Shown piece by piece: positions 19,919 to 29,930 of a DNA stretch of 64,000 nucleotides (its first letter is position 1; every line of letters starts with the position of its first letter). Both the position numbers and the translations under genes were made by a program. A model generated the notes under the pieces. That model worked only from the letters and a program-made list of their open reading frames with translations, was not told where the DNA came from and ran no database searches. The DNA is taken from the NCBI GenBank assembly GCA_043805415.1, contig JAZDHZ010000033.1, positions 25,600 to 89,599 of the forward strand, in the 5' to 3' direction. Source of the DNA: Candidatus Omnitrophota bacterium. Its GTDB lineage: Bacteria > Omnitrophota > Gorgyraeia > B26-G9.

Positions 19919-21241
19919 ATGGATAAAAGGGGGAAACTGCGTAAGCAGATTCTAAAAAAAGTAAAGGAATATCATAAAGCGGGTGTACGAGTTCCTTTTA
20001 TTCCAGGGAAATCTAATGTGCCTTATGCCGGTCGAGTGTTTGATGAAAAAGAACTGGTCAATCTAGTTGATGCTTCTTTAGATTTTTGGCTTACTGCCGG
20101 CAGGTTTGCGGATAAATTTGAAAAGGGTCTTGCTGATTTCTTAGGAGTGAAATATTGTCTTTTGACAAATTCAGGTTCTTCTGCTAATCTTCTGGCAATA
20201 TCCGCGTTAACTTCTCCTTTATTGAAAAAACGCCAGCTAAAGGCTGGAGATGAAGTTATTACTACTGCTTGCGGATTTCCAACAACGCTTAATCCTATTT
20301 TGCAAAATAATTTAGTTCCAGTGTTTGTGGATGTGCAATTGGGTAATTACAATATTGATGTTAGCTGTATTGAGAAAGCTGTTTCAAAAAAAACAAAAGC
20401 GATTTTTGTTCCCCATACTCTGGGGAATCCGTTTGATCTTGATAAGGTTTTAAAGATCGCAAAAAAATACGGATTATTTGTTATTGAAGATAATTGCGAT
20501 GCTCTTGGATCAAAATACAAAGGAAAATTTACCGGTACATTTGGTGATATTGCAACCTGTAGTTTTTATCCCGCGCACCATATTACAATGGGTGAAGGCG
20601 GGTCCTTGCTGACCAATGACCCACTGCTGCATCGAATTATTCTTTCTTTTAGGGATTGGGGCCGTGATTGCTGGTGTGACCCAGGCAAGGACAATAGCTG
20701 TAAAAAACGTTTTTTGCAAAAACATGGAAACCTGCCATATGGTTATGATCATAAATATGTGTATTCACATATTGGATATAATTTAAGAGTTACAGATATG
20801 CAGGCAGCTATTGGCGTTGCTCAATTAAAAAAACTTGATTCGTATATAAAACAACGAAAAAATAATTTCGCTTATCTTTTTAAATATCTGTGTAAATTTG
20901 ATAAATACTTTATTTTGCCAAAATCATATCAAGGGACTGAACCAAGCTGGTTTGGTTTGCCCATTTTAGTAAAAAAAGACGCGCCTTTTACCAGGAACGA
21001 TATTGTTAATTATCTGGAGGAGAATAAGATTGCTACCCGAATGCTTTTTGGGGGTAATTTAACTAAACAACCGGCGTACAAAAACGCGATATATAAAGTA
21101 TCTGGGAACTTAAATAATACCGATTTAGTTATGAATAATTTATTTTGGATAGGGGTGTATCCGGGACTTACTAAAAACATGTTGAATTATATCTGTGAAA
21201 AATTTGAAATATTTTTTAAAAAAGTAATTAAAGATAAATAA
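19919..21241 (+). CDS. rfbH: CDP-4-keto-6-deoxy-D-glucose 3-dehydrase (E1)
   Basis: NSGSSANL, EDNCDALG, SFYPAHHITMGEGG (His in place of Lys), WGRDCWC. Confidence 0.93.
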   Translation: MDKRGKLRKQILKKVKEYHKAGVRVPFIPGKSNVPYAGRVFDEKELVNLVDASLDFWLTAGRFADKFEKGLADFLGVKYCLLTNSGSSANLLAISALTSPLLKKRQLKAGDEVITTACGFPTTLNPILQNNLVPVFVDVQLGNYNIDVSCIEKAVSKKTKAIFVPHTLGNPFDLDKVLKIAKKYGLFVIEDNCDALGSKYKGKFTGTFGDIATCSFYPAHHITMGEGGSLLTNDPLLHRIILSFRDWGRDCWCDPGKDNSCKKRFLQKHGNLPYGYDHKYVYSHIGYNLRVTDMQAAIGVAQLKKLDSYIKQRKNNFAYLFKYLCKFDKYFILPKSYQGTEPSWFGLPILVKKDAPFTRNDIVNYLEENKIATRMLFGGNLTKQPAYKNAIYKVSGNLNNTDLVMNNLFWIGVYPGLTKNMLNYICEKFEIFFKKVIKDK

Positions 21242-21447
21242 TGCAAACGCGGTTTTACCGTAAGCGATGTTTTATACACTTGTTCGCGGGTTGTTTTTTA
21301 TTTCTCGAACTTTAGGTTGAATTTTAAAGTAGGATTATTTTAATATCATTATTTTGAATTTCTCTTAATGTCAATAATTTATAGTTAGAGAAAAACGATA
21401 AGTCTAGGTAGCGATTTTAGGGTTTGGGAAAAAGGGAAAGATAAAGT

Positions 21448-22392
21448 ATGACCACTGAGGGGCAGGTCAGGAGGATAATGGATCCAGAAATACGGACAGA
21501 GACTTTAACCAGTTGTCCTATCTGCAATAGCGTTGTAATTTTAATGCTCCTTGAGGCGCGGGATTATGAAAGTAATCTAGGAACATATTCAATATTCAGA
21601 TGCTCAAACTGTAAAGTATGTTTTACTAACCCCAGAGTGATAGAGGAAGATATTCCAAGAATGTATACTGAGAATTTTGGCGGTGTGGATATTGCGACCT
21701 CAAGTAATGTTTCTTACATATTGAAAACACTTAAGATCCGGGGCTACTCCAGGAAAATTCTTAAGGAGTGTCATAAGAAAGAGAATTTACGAGTTCTTGA
21801 TTTAGGGTGTGGTGATGGACTTATAGCTAGCCATTTATCATTTAACAAACTGTGTGCGAGTGTTGTCGCAGCTGATTTTTCTCCCGAGGCACCGGCAATT
21901 TTCAAGAAACACCCAATAAAGAATTTATGCTATATTCAGTATCAAAAACTTTTCAATGATTGTACCGAAAAATTTGACCTTATAGTTTTGCGGCACGTAT
22001 TGGAACACACTATTTCTCCCCGTGAGTTTATTCGTTCTGCAGCCTCACTATTAGCTGATAATGGAACTATTGTCATAGAGATCCCAAATATTGATACGGT
22101 GTGGAGAAATATATTTAAGGGCAAGTATATACAATTAGACGTTCCTTTTCATTTTTTTCACTTTAATAAGCAATCATTTTACTCAACTTTTGGGGGAGAT
22201 TACAATATAAAGAGGTTTCAGTATGCTAGTATCCCTGTTTTGGGTCCGAGCTTGCTTAATTGTTTCGGTCTAAGAGTAAACAGGGTTGGATTGATGGCGA
22301 TTATGTTTTATCCAATACAATTAGTTTTTAATTTTATATTTCAAGGCTATCCTGCGATGCTAATTTCGTTACAAAATAAATCACCTGATTAG
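21448..22392 (+). CDS. Class I SAM methyltransferase with N-terminal Zn-ribbon
   Basis: CPIC...CSNC, VLDLGCGDG, HVLEH, PFH. Confidence 0.8.
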   Translation: MTTEGQVRRIMDPEIRTETLTSCPICNSVVILMLLEARDYESNLGTYSIFRCSNCKVCFTNPRVIEEDIPRMYTENFGGVDIATSSNVSYILKTLKIRGYSRKILKECHKKENLRVLDLGCGDGLIASHLSFNKLCASVVAADFSPEAPAIFKKHPIKNLCYIQYQKLFNDCTEKFDLIVLRHVLEHTISPREFIRSAASLLADNGTIVIEIPNIDTVWRNIFKGKYIQLDVPFHFFHFNKQSFYSTFGGDYNIKRFQYASIPVLGPSLLNCFGLRVNRVGLMAIMFYPIQLVFNFIFQGYPAMLISLQNKSPD

Positions 22393-22487
22393 TTGTCTAC
22401 TCACAAAAACGGACAAAATGAAGACCATATTGAAGTATGTTTTGATAATTTCTTAGTTTAAAAAATAAGTTTATCCCAGAGGTAAAG

Positions 22488-23423
22488 ATGCATAAAATAA
22501 GCGTGGTAACGCCTTGTTATAATGAAGAAGAAAATGTGGAAGAATTGTATGTAAAAGTAAGAGACATATTCCACGAGCTTAAGGGGTATAGCTATGAACA
22601 TATTTTTATTGATAATGCTTCTTATGATAAAACTTTGCCGATTCTTAAGAGATTAGCCCTCAAGGATAAGAATCTTAAAATAATCGTGAATATAAAGAAT
22701 TTTGGACATATTCGTTCCCCGTATTATGGTTTGCTTCAAGCTAAAGGGAATGCTGTGATTTTTATGGCCTCTGATTTTCAGGATCCTCCTGAGTTAATTA
22801 AGACTTTTATCTCTAAATGGGAAGAAGGCTATAAAATAGTTATAGGTGTTAAGGATAAAAGTGAAGAAAATCCAGCTATGTTCGCGATAAGAAAGTTATA
22901 TTATTTGTTGATTAAGAAATTCTCATATGGGGTAAGGCAAATAGGGAATTTTACTGGATTCGGGTTGTATGACCGGTCTTTTGTAAATATTTTAAAAACT
23001 CTTAATGAGCCGTATCCATATCTACGGGGGTTAGTGGCAGACTATGGCGTGGAACTGGCAGAAGTTGAGTTTACGCAGCCTGAAAGAAAAAAAGGAGTGT
23101 CCAAGAATAATTTATATACTTTATTTGACATGGCTATGCTGGGCTTCGTAAGTTACTCTATGGTTCCATTGAGAATTGCCACTTTTTTTGGTTTCTGCGC
23201 TTCGGCAGTAAGTTTCCTTATAGCGATAATCTATTTTATATACAAGATTATTTTTTGGAATAGATTTCAATTAGGAATAGCTCCAATAATAATTGGTTTC
23301 TTTTTTCTTTTTTCTATCCAGTTATTTTTTATTGGGATAATGGGAGAATATGTAGGTGCTGTTTTTACTCAAGTAAAGGGTAGACCTTTGGTGATAGAAA
23401 AAGAGAGGATTAATTTTAACTGA
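22488..23423 (+). CDS. GtrB-like polyprenyl-phosphate glycosyltransferase (GT2)
   Basis: PCYNEEEN, NFGHIRS, DFQDPP, two C-terminal TM segments, RPLV. Confidence 0.85.
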   Translation: MHKISVVTPCYNEEENVEELYVKVRDIFHELKGYSYEHIFIDNASYDKTLPILKRLALKDKNLKIIVNIKNFGHIRSPYYGLLQAKGNAVIFMASDFQDPPELIKTFISKWEEGYKIVIGVKDKSEENPAMFAIRKLYYLLIKKFSYGVRQIGNFTGFGLYDRSFVNILKTLNEPYPYLRGLVADYGVELAEVEFTQPERKKGVSKNNLYTLFDMAMLGFVSYSMVPLRIATFFGFCASAVSFLIAIIYFIYKIIFWNRFQLGIAPIIIGFFFLFSIQLFFIGIMGEYVGAVFTQVKGRPLVIEKERINFN

Positions 23424-23447
23424 ATAAAATAATGGATAATTACTGCT

Positions 23448-25052
23448 ATGAATATTAAAAATCCCAAAACCATCATTAATCCATGTTTTCTGGAAAATAA
23501 AAGCAAACTATTAAAGCTTTTTTTCATAATACCATTAGGGATCATAGTAACTGCGATCGCGTATTATCTGCTTACACAGATCTTTTACTATTTTCCCGGG
23601 GGTGTAGGTGGGAAAGAGGTATTCCTTTATCCACGTTATTGCTCTCCACAAAATGGTTTACCTTCTGGGGTATTTCATCAATGGCGACAATTAGGGCTAG
23701 TAATAATTACTGGTATTGCTAGTGTTTTTACTGCACTTTATTTGAGCAGAAATAAAAAAATCACATTAGGTAAGTTCCTCGTTGTTATATATATATTGGC
23801 TCTAACCCTAGAATTTATGTTTGTATTGCTTACTCCGAACGGGTTTGGGCATTTAGGATTACAGGCAAAATCAATTAATAATGGGATTTGGTTAAGTTTG
23901 GATGTGATTAATAATACTATTCAGCAGCGCCATTTTAATTTTGTGGATACTCTGAGATATATTTATGTAGATTTGGGAGGGAATAAGTGCGGCTATACTC
24001 TTCCCGGCACTACCCATCCTCCCGGCATTTTCCTGGTGTCAATCGCGATTTTTAGGTTGGCTACTCATATTTTTCGTTTTCTCCATAATCCATCGCTGGC
24101 TTGGGCAATTACTGTGACTTTAATAAATACTCTTTTAATTGGTATGGTTGCTTTAATTGCCAAAGAAGTATTTTCAACGCGTATTGCTAAATTAACTGCG
24201 ATCTTTCTTTTGACTGTGCCTTCTGTGTTAATGCATTTTTCTGCTATGCTGGACGGCATAGCATCTTTATTTACGGCAACCAGTGTTTTTATGATGATTA
24301 AAACTCTGAAATATTTTCGCGAAGATGCCTTCATTAGGAATAGAACAAAATCGTTTTTAATGGGTATGCTTTCTGGATTATTTTTTATGCTTTGTCTGCA
24401 AATGACTTATGGGCATGCTGTACCAATAGGTGCTTTAGTATTAGCTTTTATTGTTTTGGTTGATAAAAAAGATTTTAAAAATTTATCCATGTTTATGTTT
24501 GGGATGATTATGATCGCGCTTATGTATTTTAGTTTTGAATATTTGATAAGCCATGGAACTTCTTTTTGGTTTAAGCGGGCATTCAGAATAGCGAAAATTG
24601 TTGGCAATGGGCTTGCCAGTCGGCCATATCCTTTGTCACAAGTAGCTAATTTTGTTGTGCTTTCAGTAATGGGGGGGATTTTATTCCTTCCCGGTGTTAT
24701 TCTTGTGGTCGGGTATAGCTTTGGTTTTTTATGGCGATTGATCAAAGGGCAATTATCTTTCTCTAATTCCAGAGCTCTCTGCAGGGGTTTTTTATGGTTC
24801 TCTGCGGTATTAGCATTATCATATCTACTTTTTCAAAGGACTGTTCGCCTTGAAACGGAGAGGACATTACATTGGTTTCTTATTTTTATCTGGAGCTTGT
24901 CAGGGATATTCTTTATTTCGATTGATGCTTTCTGCAGAGAAATATTTAGAGGCATGTTTATTCGCAATAAAAAAATTGGTGTGTTAGTTTTTATTTTATT
25001 GCAGTTTGTAATAACCTTGACTTTGGCTATGAGTATTCAAGATTACTATTAA
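23448..25052 (+). CDS. Polytopic membrane protein, probable GT-C glycosyltransferase
   Basis: Many TM segments, THPPG motif after a periplasmic loop, directly follows the GtrB-like gene. Confidence 0.6.
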   Translation: MNIKNPKTIINPCFLENKSKLLKLFFIIPLGIIVTAIAYYLLTQIFYYFPGGVGGKEVFLYPRYCSPQNGLPSGVFHQWRQLGLVIITGIASVFTALYLSRNKKITLGKFLVVIYILALTLEFMFVLLTPNGFGHLGLQAKSINNGIWLSLDVINNTIQQRHFNFVDTLRYIYVDLGGNKCGYTLPGTTHPPGIFLVSIAIFRLATHIFRFLHNPSLAWAITVTLINTLLIGMVALIAKEVFSTRIAKLTAIFLLTVPSVLMHFSAMLDGIASLFTATSVFMMIKTLKYFREDAFIRNRTKSFLMGMLSGLFFMLCLQMTYGHAVPIGALVLAFIVLVDKKDFKNLSMFMFGMIMIALMYFSFEYLISHGTSFWFKRAFRIAKIVGNGLASRPYPLSQVANFVVLSVMGGILFLPGVILVVGYSFGFLWRLIKGQLSFSNSRALCRGFLWFSAVLALSYLLFQRTVRLETERTLHWFLIFIWSLSGIFFISIDAFCREIFRGMFIRNKKIGVLVFILLQFVITLTLAMSIQDYY

Positions 25053-25070
25053 TTATAGTAAGGATAATAT

Positions 25071-26594
25071 ATGGTTACGAGAACTAATAAGGCTATTAAA
25101 GGCACAAGTGTGAGTTTTCTGCAATATGGTTTGCAGATTGTGCTACAAGCTATACTCATGCCTTTAATATTAAAAATAGCCGGGAGAGAAACATTAGGCG
25201 CGTATGCTATTCTAATGCAGGTTATCGGCTACGGAATTCTTTTAGATTTGGGATTTGGAGCAGCCTTAGGCAGATATTTAGCCCAAGCTTTTGGTTTTGA
25301 TGATAATGGTGTTAGATTTGTTCAAACTTTTAATATAGGGCGAACGTTTTACTTATTTACTAACTTAATATTTGGTTTGTTAGTTATTATTTTCAGTTTT
25401 TATGTTAATAAGTTTTTACTTGTTGATGAGAGAATTCTTGCGCAGGCACGATTATCTTTGTATCTATATGGATTGTGGATAATAATTCGCACTCCGCTTG
25501 TTATTTATAATTACAACTTAAATGCTACCCAAAATATGTCTGCTTCAAATCTTATCGCTATTTTAGGAAACGCGAGCAGGTTGATTTTTTCTTTAATTCT
25601 TGTTTTTATGAAGGCAGGGCTGGTTGGGTTGATATCAGCAAACATAATAGCTGAAATAGTAATTTCGGGGTGTAGTTTCATGTACTTCAAAAAAATATTT
25701 CCAATTTATAAGTTTGGCTGGGGGATAAGGGATTGGACATTATTTAAGGATATGTTTGTTTTTGGCAGAAGATATTGGGGAGTTAATGTCGCAGGTTTAT
25801 TAATGTTTGGTACTGATAATATGATTGTGGGCTATTTATACGGAGCAGCAATAGCGTCAGTTTACTACACCACTAAAATACCTGTATTTTTATTATTTCA
25901 AGCAATCTTTAAATTATCTGAAAATGCTTCTCCTGCGGCAAATGAATTATTCGCGAGAAAAAATTTTACTGCGTTACATAATGCTTATTTTAGGTTAATG
26001 CGATATTCAATGCTTTTGGTTGTGCCGCTGGCTTTGGGAATAATAAGTATGAATAGATTATTGGTTTCTGTCTGGGTTAGCCCCCAGCAATACGCAGGTG
26101 ATCTTATGACTATTTCTTGTGCGATTTTTGCAATTGCCGCAGTGTTTAATAATGTAAACGCTACAATTGTTGTTGTTTTTAACAATATACGCGATTGGTC
26201 TACTGTATCGATTGTATCGGGAATAGCGGGTTTATTATTAGCATTACTTTTAGGTAAGTCTTTGGGTTTTCAAGGGGTCGCTGTTTCAATAGTTTTAACT
26301 TGTTTGCCTAGTTTAATATTTCTCTTGCGCCGTAGTATGCAATCTCTTAGAATTAATTTTGCACAATTATGGAAAGAAGTGTATAAACCAACAATAATTT
26401 CCAGTATTCCTATAGCGATATTGACTATCATTATAAAGTATTATCAGGTAACACCTTCAGTTAGAGCTCTATTTATGCTCACTGGGCTATATGTCATATT
26501 CTGGATTATTGGAGTTTACAGCTTTGGTATAAATGATAAAGAGCGGAATACTATTAACCATTATTTGCAATTAAAGTTTGCGGGGAATATATGA
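25071..26594 (+). CDS. wzx: O-unit flippase
   Basis: LLDLGFG, TDNMIVG, about 13 TM segments. Confidence 0.85.
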   Translation: MVTRTNKAIKGTSVSFLQYGLQIVLQAILMPLILKIAGRETLGAYAILMQVIGYGILLDLGFGAALGRYLAQAFGFDDNGVRFVQTFNIGRTFYLFTNLIFGLLVIIFSFYVNKFLLVDERILAQARLSLYLYGLWIIIRTPLVIYNYNLNATQNMSASNLIAILGNASRLIFSLILVFMKAGLVGLISANIIAEIVISGCSFMYFKKIFPIYKFGWGIRDWTLFKDMFVFGRRYWGVNVAGLLMFGTDNMIVGYLYGAAIASVYYTTKIPVFLLFQAIFKLSENASPAANELFARKNFTALHNAYFRLMRYSMLLVVPLALGIISMNRLLVSVWVSPQQYAGDLMTISCAIFAIAAVFNNVNATIVVVFNNIRDWSTVSIVSGIAGLLLALLLGKSLGFQGVAVSIVLTCLPSLIFLLRRSMQSLRINFAQLWKEVYKPTIISSIPIAILTIIIKYYQVTPSVRALFMLTGLYVIFWIIGVYSFGINDKERNTINHYLQLKFAGNI

Positions 26595-27609
26595 GGCCAA
26601 TATTATCGATTGCTATCCCTACGTATAATCGTGCAAATAAACTTAAGCGTCTTTTAGAGCTATTGCAGGATCAGATTAGGGCAGCTAATTTGGTTGATCA
26701 GATTGAGGTTTTAGTTAGTGATAATGCTTCTATTGATGATACCTATGATTTAATGATGTCCGTAACTTCAATGGATAGTAAAATTAAGTATTTCCGGCAG
26801 CAGGAAAATTTAGGATTTGATGGTAATTGTAGATTTCTCTATGATCAAGCGAAAGCGGATTATGTTTGGTTTTTCGCTGATGATGATATCCCTTTCCCTT
26901 GTTCTTTGCCAATAATTTTAGAGGGATTACGGAATAATAATCCGGATGTACTTATTTTTTCTTTTGAGCAGCCCATGGGAAAAAGAAACAATGCTTTTAA
27001 TTTTTTAAATAAATATGAAATACTTACTGAACCGCATAGAATAATAGAACTTATTTCAATATGGCCGAAAATCAGCACTTATGTTATGCGGAAAATACGC
27101 TTAAACTCTCTGCAGTGGAAAGAACTAGAACCGTTTTTGGAAAATGGCTTTTTTTTCCTTGACCTTGCATTTTCGATTATGGATACTAGTAAATATCCGA
27201 AATTGTGTGTTATTTCGCAGGCATTAGCGAGTTGTGATGAAGATTATATGAATTTTACTTTTGATCCTAAGATTTTTTTTGAATCATATAAGATTTTTTA
27301 CCATCCTTTTGTTGCTAAATATTTACCTGGTTTGGCTGAAAGTAAAAAGATCGCTCATACTGCGATGGTATACAATTTATTTTTGCCGCTAAATTAGGGA
27401 CTTTAATTACTTCAAAGCCTGAGTTGCTTGATATCGGACTTAAGAACGCAGGTATTCGTGTGTTTATTTTACTTAAGAATTTAAAAACACTAGGTCAGTT
27501 TTTGCTTATAAAAATGAATTTAATTAAAACGTATATGTTAATGAAACCTTTAATTAGTTTTTTTAGAATTCGATTGCTAAGCGGTAGAAAATCTTCAGGA
27601 GGAGTATGA
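26591..27609 (+). pseudogene. GT2 glycosyltransferase split by a frameshift (ORFs 26591-27397 and open frame 27346-27609)
   Basis: LSIAIPTYNR, DNASID, ADDD. One extra base at the A5 run 27344-27348 joins the frames into about 339 aa, ending in an ATGA overlap with the next gene. Confidence 0.65.
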
Positions 27610-28367
27610 AAAAAGTAGCCATGATGTTTTATCGTTTATTAATTCCGATGCTTGACCCTTTGCAGTTAATTCGAGGTTTATTTGCTTATCCAGGGTATAT
27701 AAGGGATTGGTTAAGTTATGCCAGTATGCATGGTGCTGAGATGCTGTCTATTTTCGATGCCCAGCCGCAATTGCATGAACGTACTGAAGTTACCAAAGTT
27801 GATGCCCATTATTTCTATAGCAGCGGTTGGGTTATGCGACGCATATTAGCTAATCATCCATTGCGGCATGTAGATATTGGTTCATCGGTTATGTATGTTA
27901 ATCTTCTTAGCGCAGTGCTTCCTGTAACTTTTGTGGATTATCGTCCTTTAGACGCGAGTATAGAGGGTTTAACTAACTGCAGCGGAGATATTCTTAACTT
28001 GCCTTTTAAGGATCGTTCGATTAATTCTCTTTCCTGTTTGCATGTGGCTGAACATGTTGGTTTGGGCCGATATGGTGATGCCCTTAATCCTTATGGGACT
28101 CAACAGGCTTGTGCTGAGTTAATGCGGGTATTGTCTCCGGGAGGTTATCTCTATTTTGCCCTGCCGGTTGGTAAACAGAGGGTATGTTTTAATGCCCACA
28201 GAATCTATAGTCCAAAGACGATAGTTGATTATTTTGCAGGCCTTGAACTCGTAGAGTTTTCCGGAGTTCATGATAATGGGTGTTTTGTTGAACAAGTGGG
28301 CTTGGATGAATTTTTTAAATGCCGCTACGCTTGTGGGATGTTTATATTTAAAAAAAAGGCTGATTAA
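27606..28367 (+). CDS. DUF268-like methyltransferase-fold protein
   Basis: HVDIGS, DYRP, SCLHVAEHVGLGRYGD, FNAHRIY. Confidence 0.75.
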   Translation: MKKVAMMFYRLLIPMLDPLQLIRGLFAYPGYIRDWLSYASMHGAEMLSIFDAQPQLHERTEVTKVDAHYFYSSGWVMRRILANHPLRHVDIGSSVMYVNLLSAVLPVTFVDYRPLDASIEGLTNCSGDILNLPFKDRSINSLSCLHVAEHVGLGRYGDALNPYGTQQACAELMRVLSPGGYLYFALPVGKQRVCFNAHRIYSPKTIVDYFAGLELVEFSGVHDNGCFVEQVGLDEFFKCRYACGMFIFKKKAD

Positions 28368-28369
28368 AT

Positions 28370-29836
28370 ATGATTTTTGGAAAAGAAAGAATCATTTATC
28401 CTTACGCGCGTAACCTATTGTTTTTGTTGGCGTTGCTAGCTTCGTTATATATAATAGGGGTTATTGTAGTGAATGATTATCAGATTATTGTGCCAGTAAC
28501 TTGGCTGATTTTTATGGGTTTATTTTCTATTTACAAATATACAAATAAAAATAGAAGGTACTATACTCCGATAATTTTGACTATTTTTTATTTTTTTGGG
28601 TATTTGCTTTCCTTAGCAAATACCCTTATGAACAAAAGCAATCTGCGCGCTATTGGATTTAAAGCAATAGGTTCTTTTGGTTTTTCATTTTGGGAATATC
28701 TTTCGCTCACTTTTATTATTAGTACGGGTATGCTTGGTATTTTGTGTTCCGTGGTATTTATGGAAAAATTTAAAAACTCATGCCGATCTTTGTTTAGGTA
28801 TTTTAATCCTAATAAAAAGCAAATTATTAGGATTAATTATGTAATAATTAGTTTATTGATATGGTTTTTAATTTCAACAGCAATTTTTTTATATATGAAC
28901 AAAATTGGAATAGGAAGAACAGGGTTAAAACCGGAAACCCTTTTACCTTTTAAATTAGTGGGCATATTATTCTATGTAAAATTGATATTGATTCCTTGTT
29001 TAGGCTGTTTTTTGTTTGGGGTAATATTGGAAACAAACAATAAAATACTTATAAATCTGTCAATAATATTACTTATTCTTTTGGGTATAATAGGGTCTAT
29101 TTCGGGAATAAGCAGGGGTAGTTTAATCTTTAGTGTCTTACCCTCATTTATCTATATGTTATTTAAAAGTCATAAAAATGATTTTAAACGAAAAATACTG
29201 AAATCATATTCAATAATAGCAATACTTTTACTTATGATATTGATTCCGCTGGTGCTAGGCATGAGAAATATAGGGTATGCTGGTGGAAAAATAGATTTTA
29301 GCACGGCCATTAATATTTTAAAGTCTTTTAAGGTAGCTGATTTGCCTGGCGCAGCAGGATCGCTTATTTCGTTGATATTAGATAGAGTCATGGGAATAAA
29401 TGAATTGTATGCTGTTTTTAGCTCAGGAATTAAAGACTTGTATGCGCCATGGGCTCTTTTTATCACTGATGGCGCTTACTTGGAAAAAATCATAAAAGCT
29501 GTTTTTGGATTTGTCCCCTCTAATGAAGGGAATTTAGCTTTTGGGGTTGGTTTTGGTTTATGGGGAGTTTTGCAGTTAAGTGGAAGCTATAGTGTAATTT
29601 TTCTAGGTACCTTCGTGGCATGTAGTTTATCAATGGCTATAGAAGAGATATTTATTCGCAATGGGATGTATTATGTAGCTTGTTTTTTCGCGATCAATTT
29701 TGGCATGCTAGTATGGGAGGGATTGTATGTTTCAAGGTTAAGCCGTACTTTATTAATGATATTTATTTGTTTAATTATAACAGTAAGTTTGAAGAAGTTA
29801 TTTTATAGACGTATAACATGTGAAACGAGTTTGTAG
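28370..29836 (+). CDS. wzy: Probable O-antigen polymerase
   Basis: Very hydrophobic, over 10 TM segments, GISRG motif, AT-rich, among glycosyltransferase genes. Confidence 0.6.
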   Translation: MIFGKERIIYPYARNLLFLLALLASLYIIGVIVVNDYQIIVPVTWLIFMGLFSIYKYTNKNRRYYTPIILTIFYFFGYLLSLANTLMNKSNLRAIGFKAIGSFGFSFWEYLSLTFIISTGMLGILCSVVFMEKFKNSCRSLFRYFNPNKKQIIRINYVIISLLIWFLISTAIFLYMNKIGIGRTGLKPETLLPFKLVGILFYVKLILIPCLGCFLFGVILETNNKILINLSIILLILLGIIGSISGISRGSLIFSVLPSFIYMLFKSHKNDFKRKILKSYSIIAILLLMILIPLVLGMRNIGYAGGKIDFSTAINILKSFKVADLPGAAGSLISLILDRVMGINELYAVFSSGIKDLYAPWALFITDGAYLEKIIKAVFGFVPSNEGNLAFGVGFGLWGVLQLSGSYSVIFLGTFVACSLSMAIEEIFIRNGMYYVACFFAINFGMLVWEGLYVSRLSRTLLMIFICLIITVSLKKLFYRRITCETSL

Positions 29837-29930
29837 ATTATAGTATCTGGTAAATTGTAATATTATTTTTGAGAATTATTAACAGAGTAGGTGTTTTTAC
29901 CCTGCAATCTATTTATAAGTTAGGTTTTGT

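Noticed and set aside
21241-21315. 24-codon ORF after rfbH
   Set aside because: Too short, with no motif or other support.
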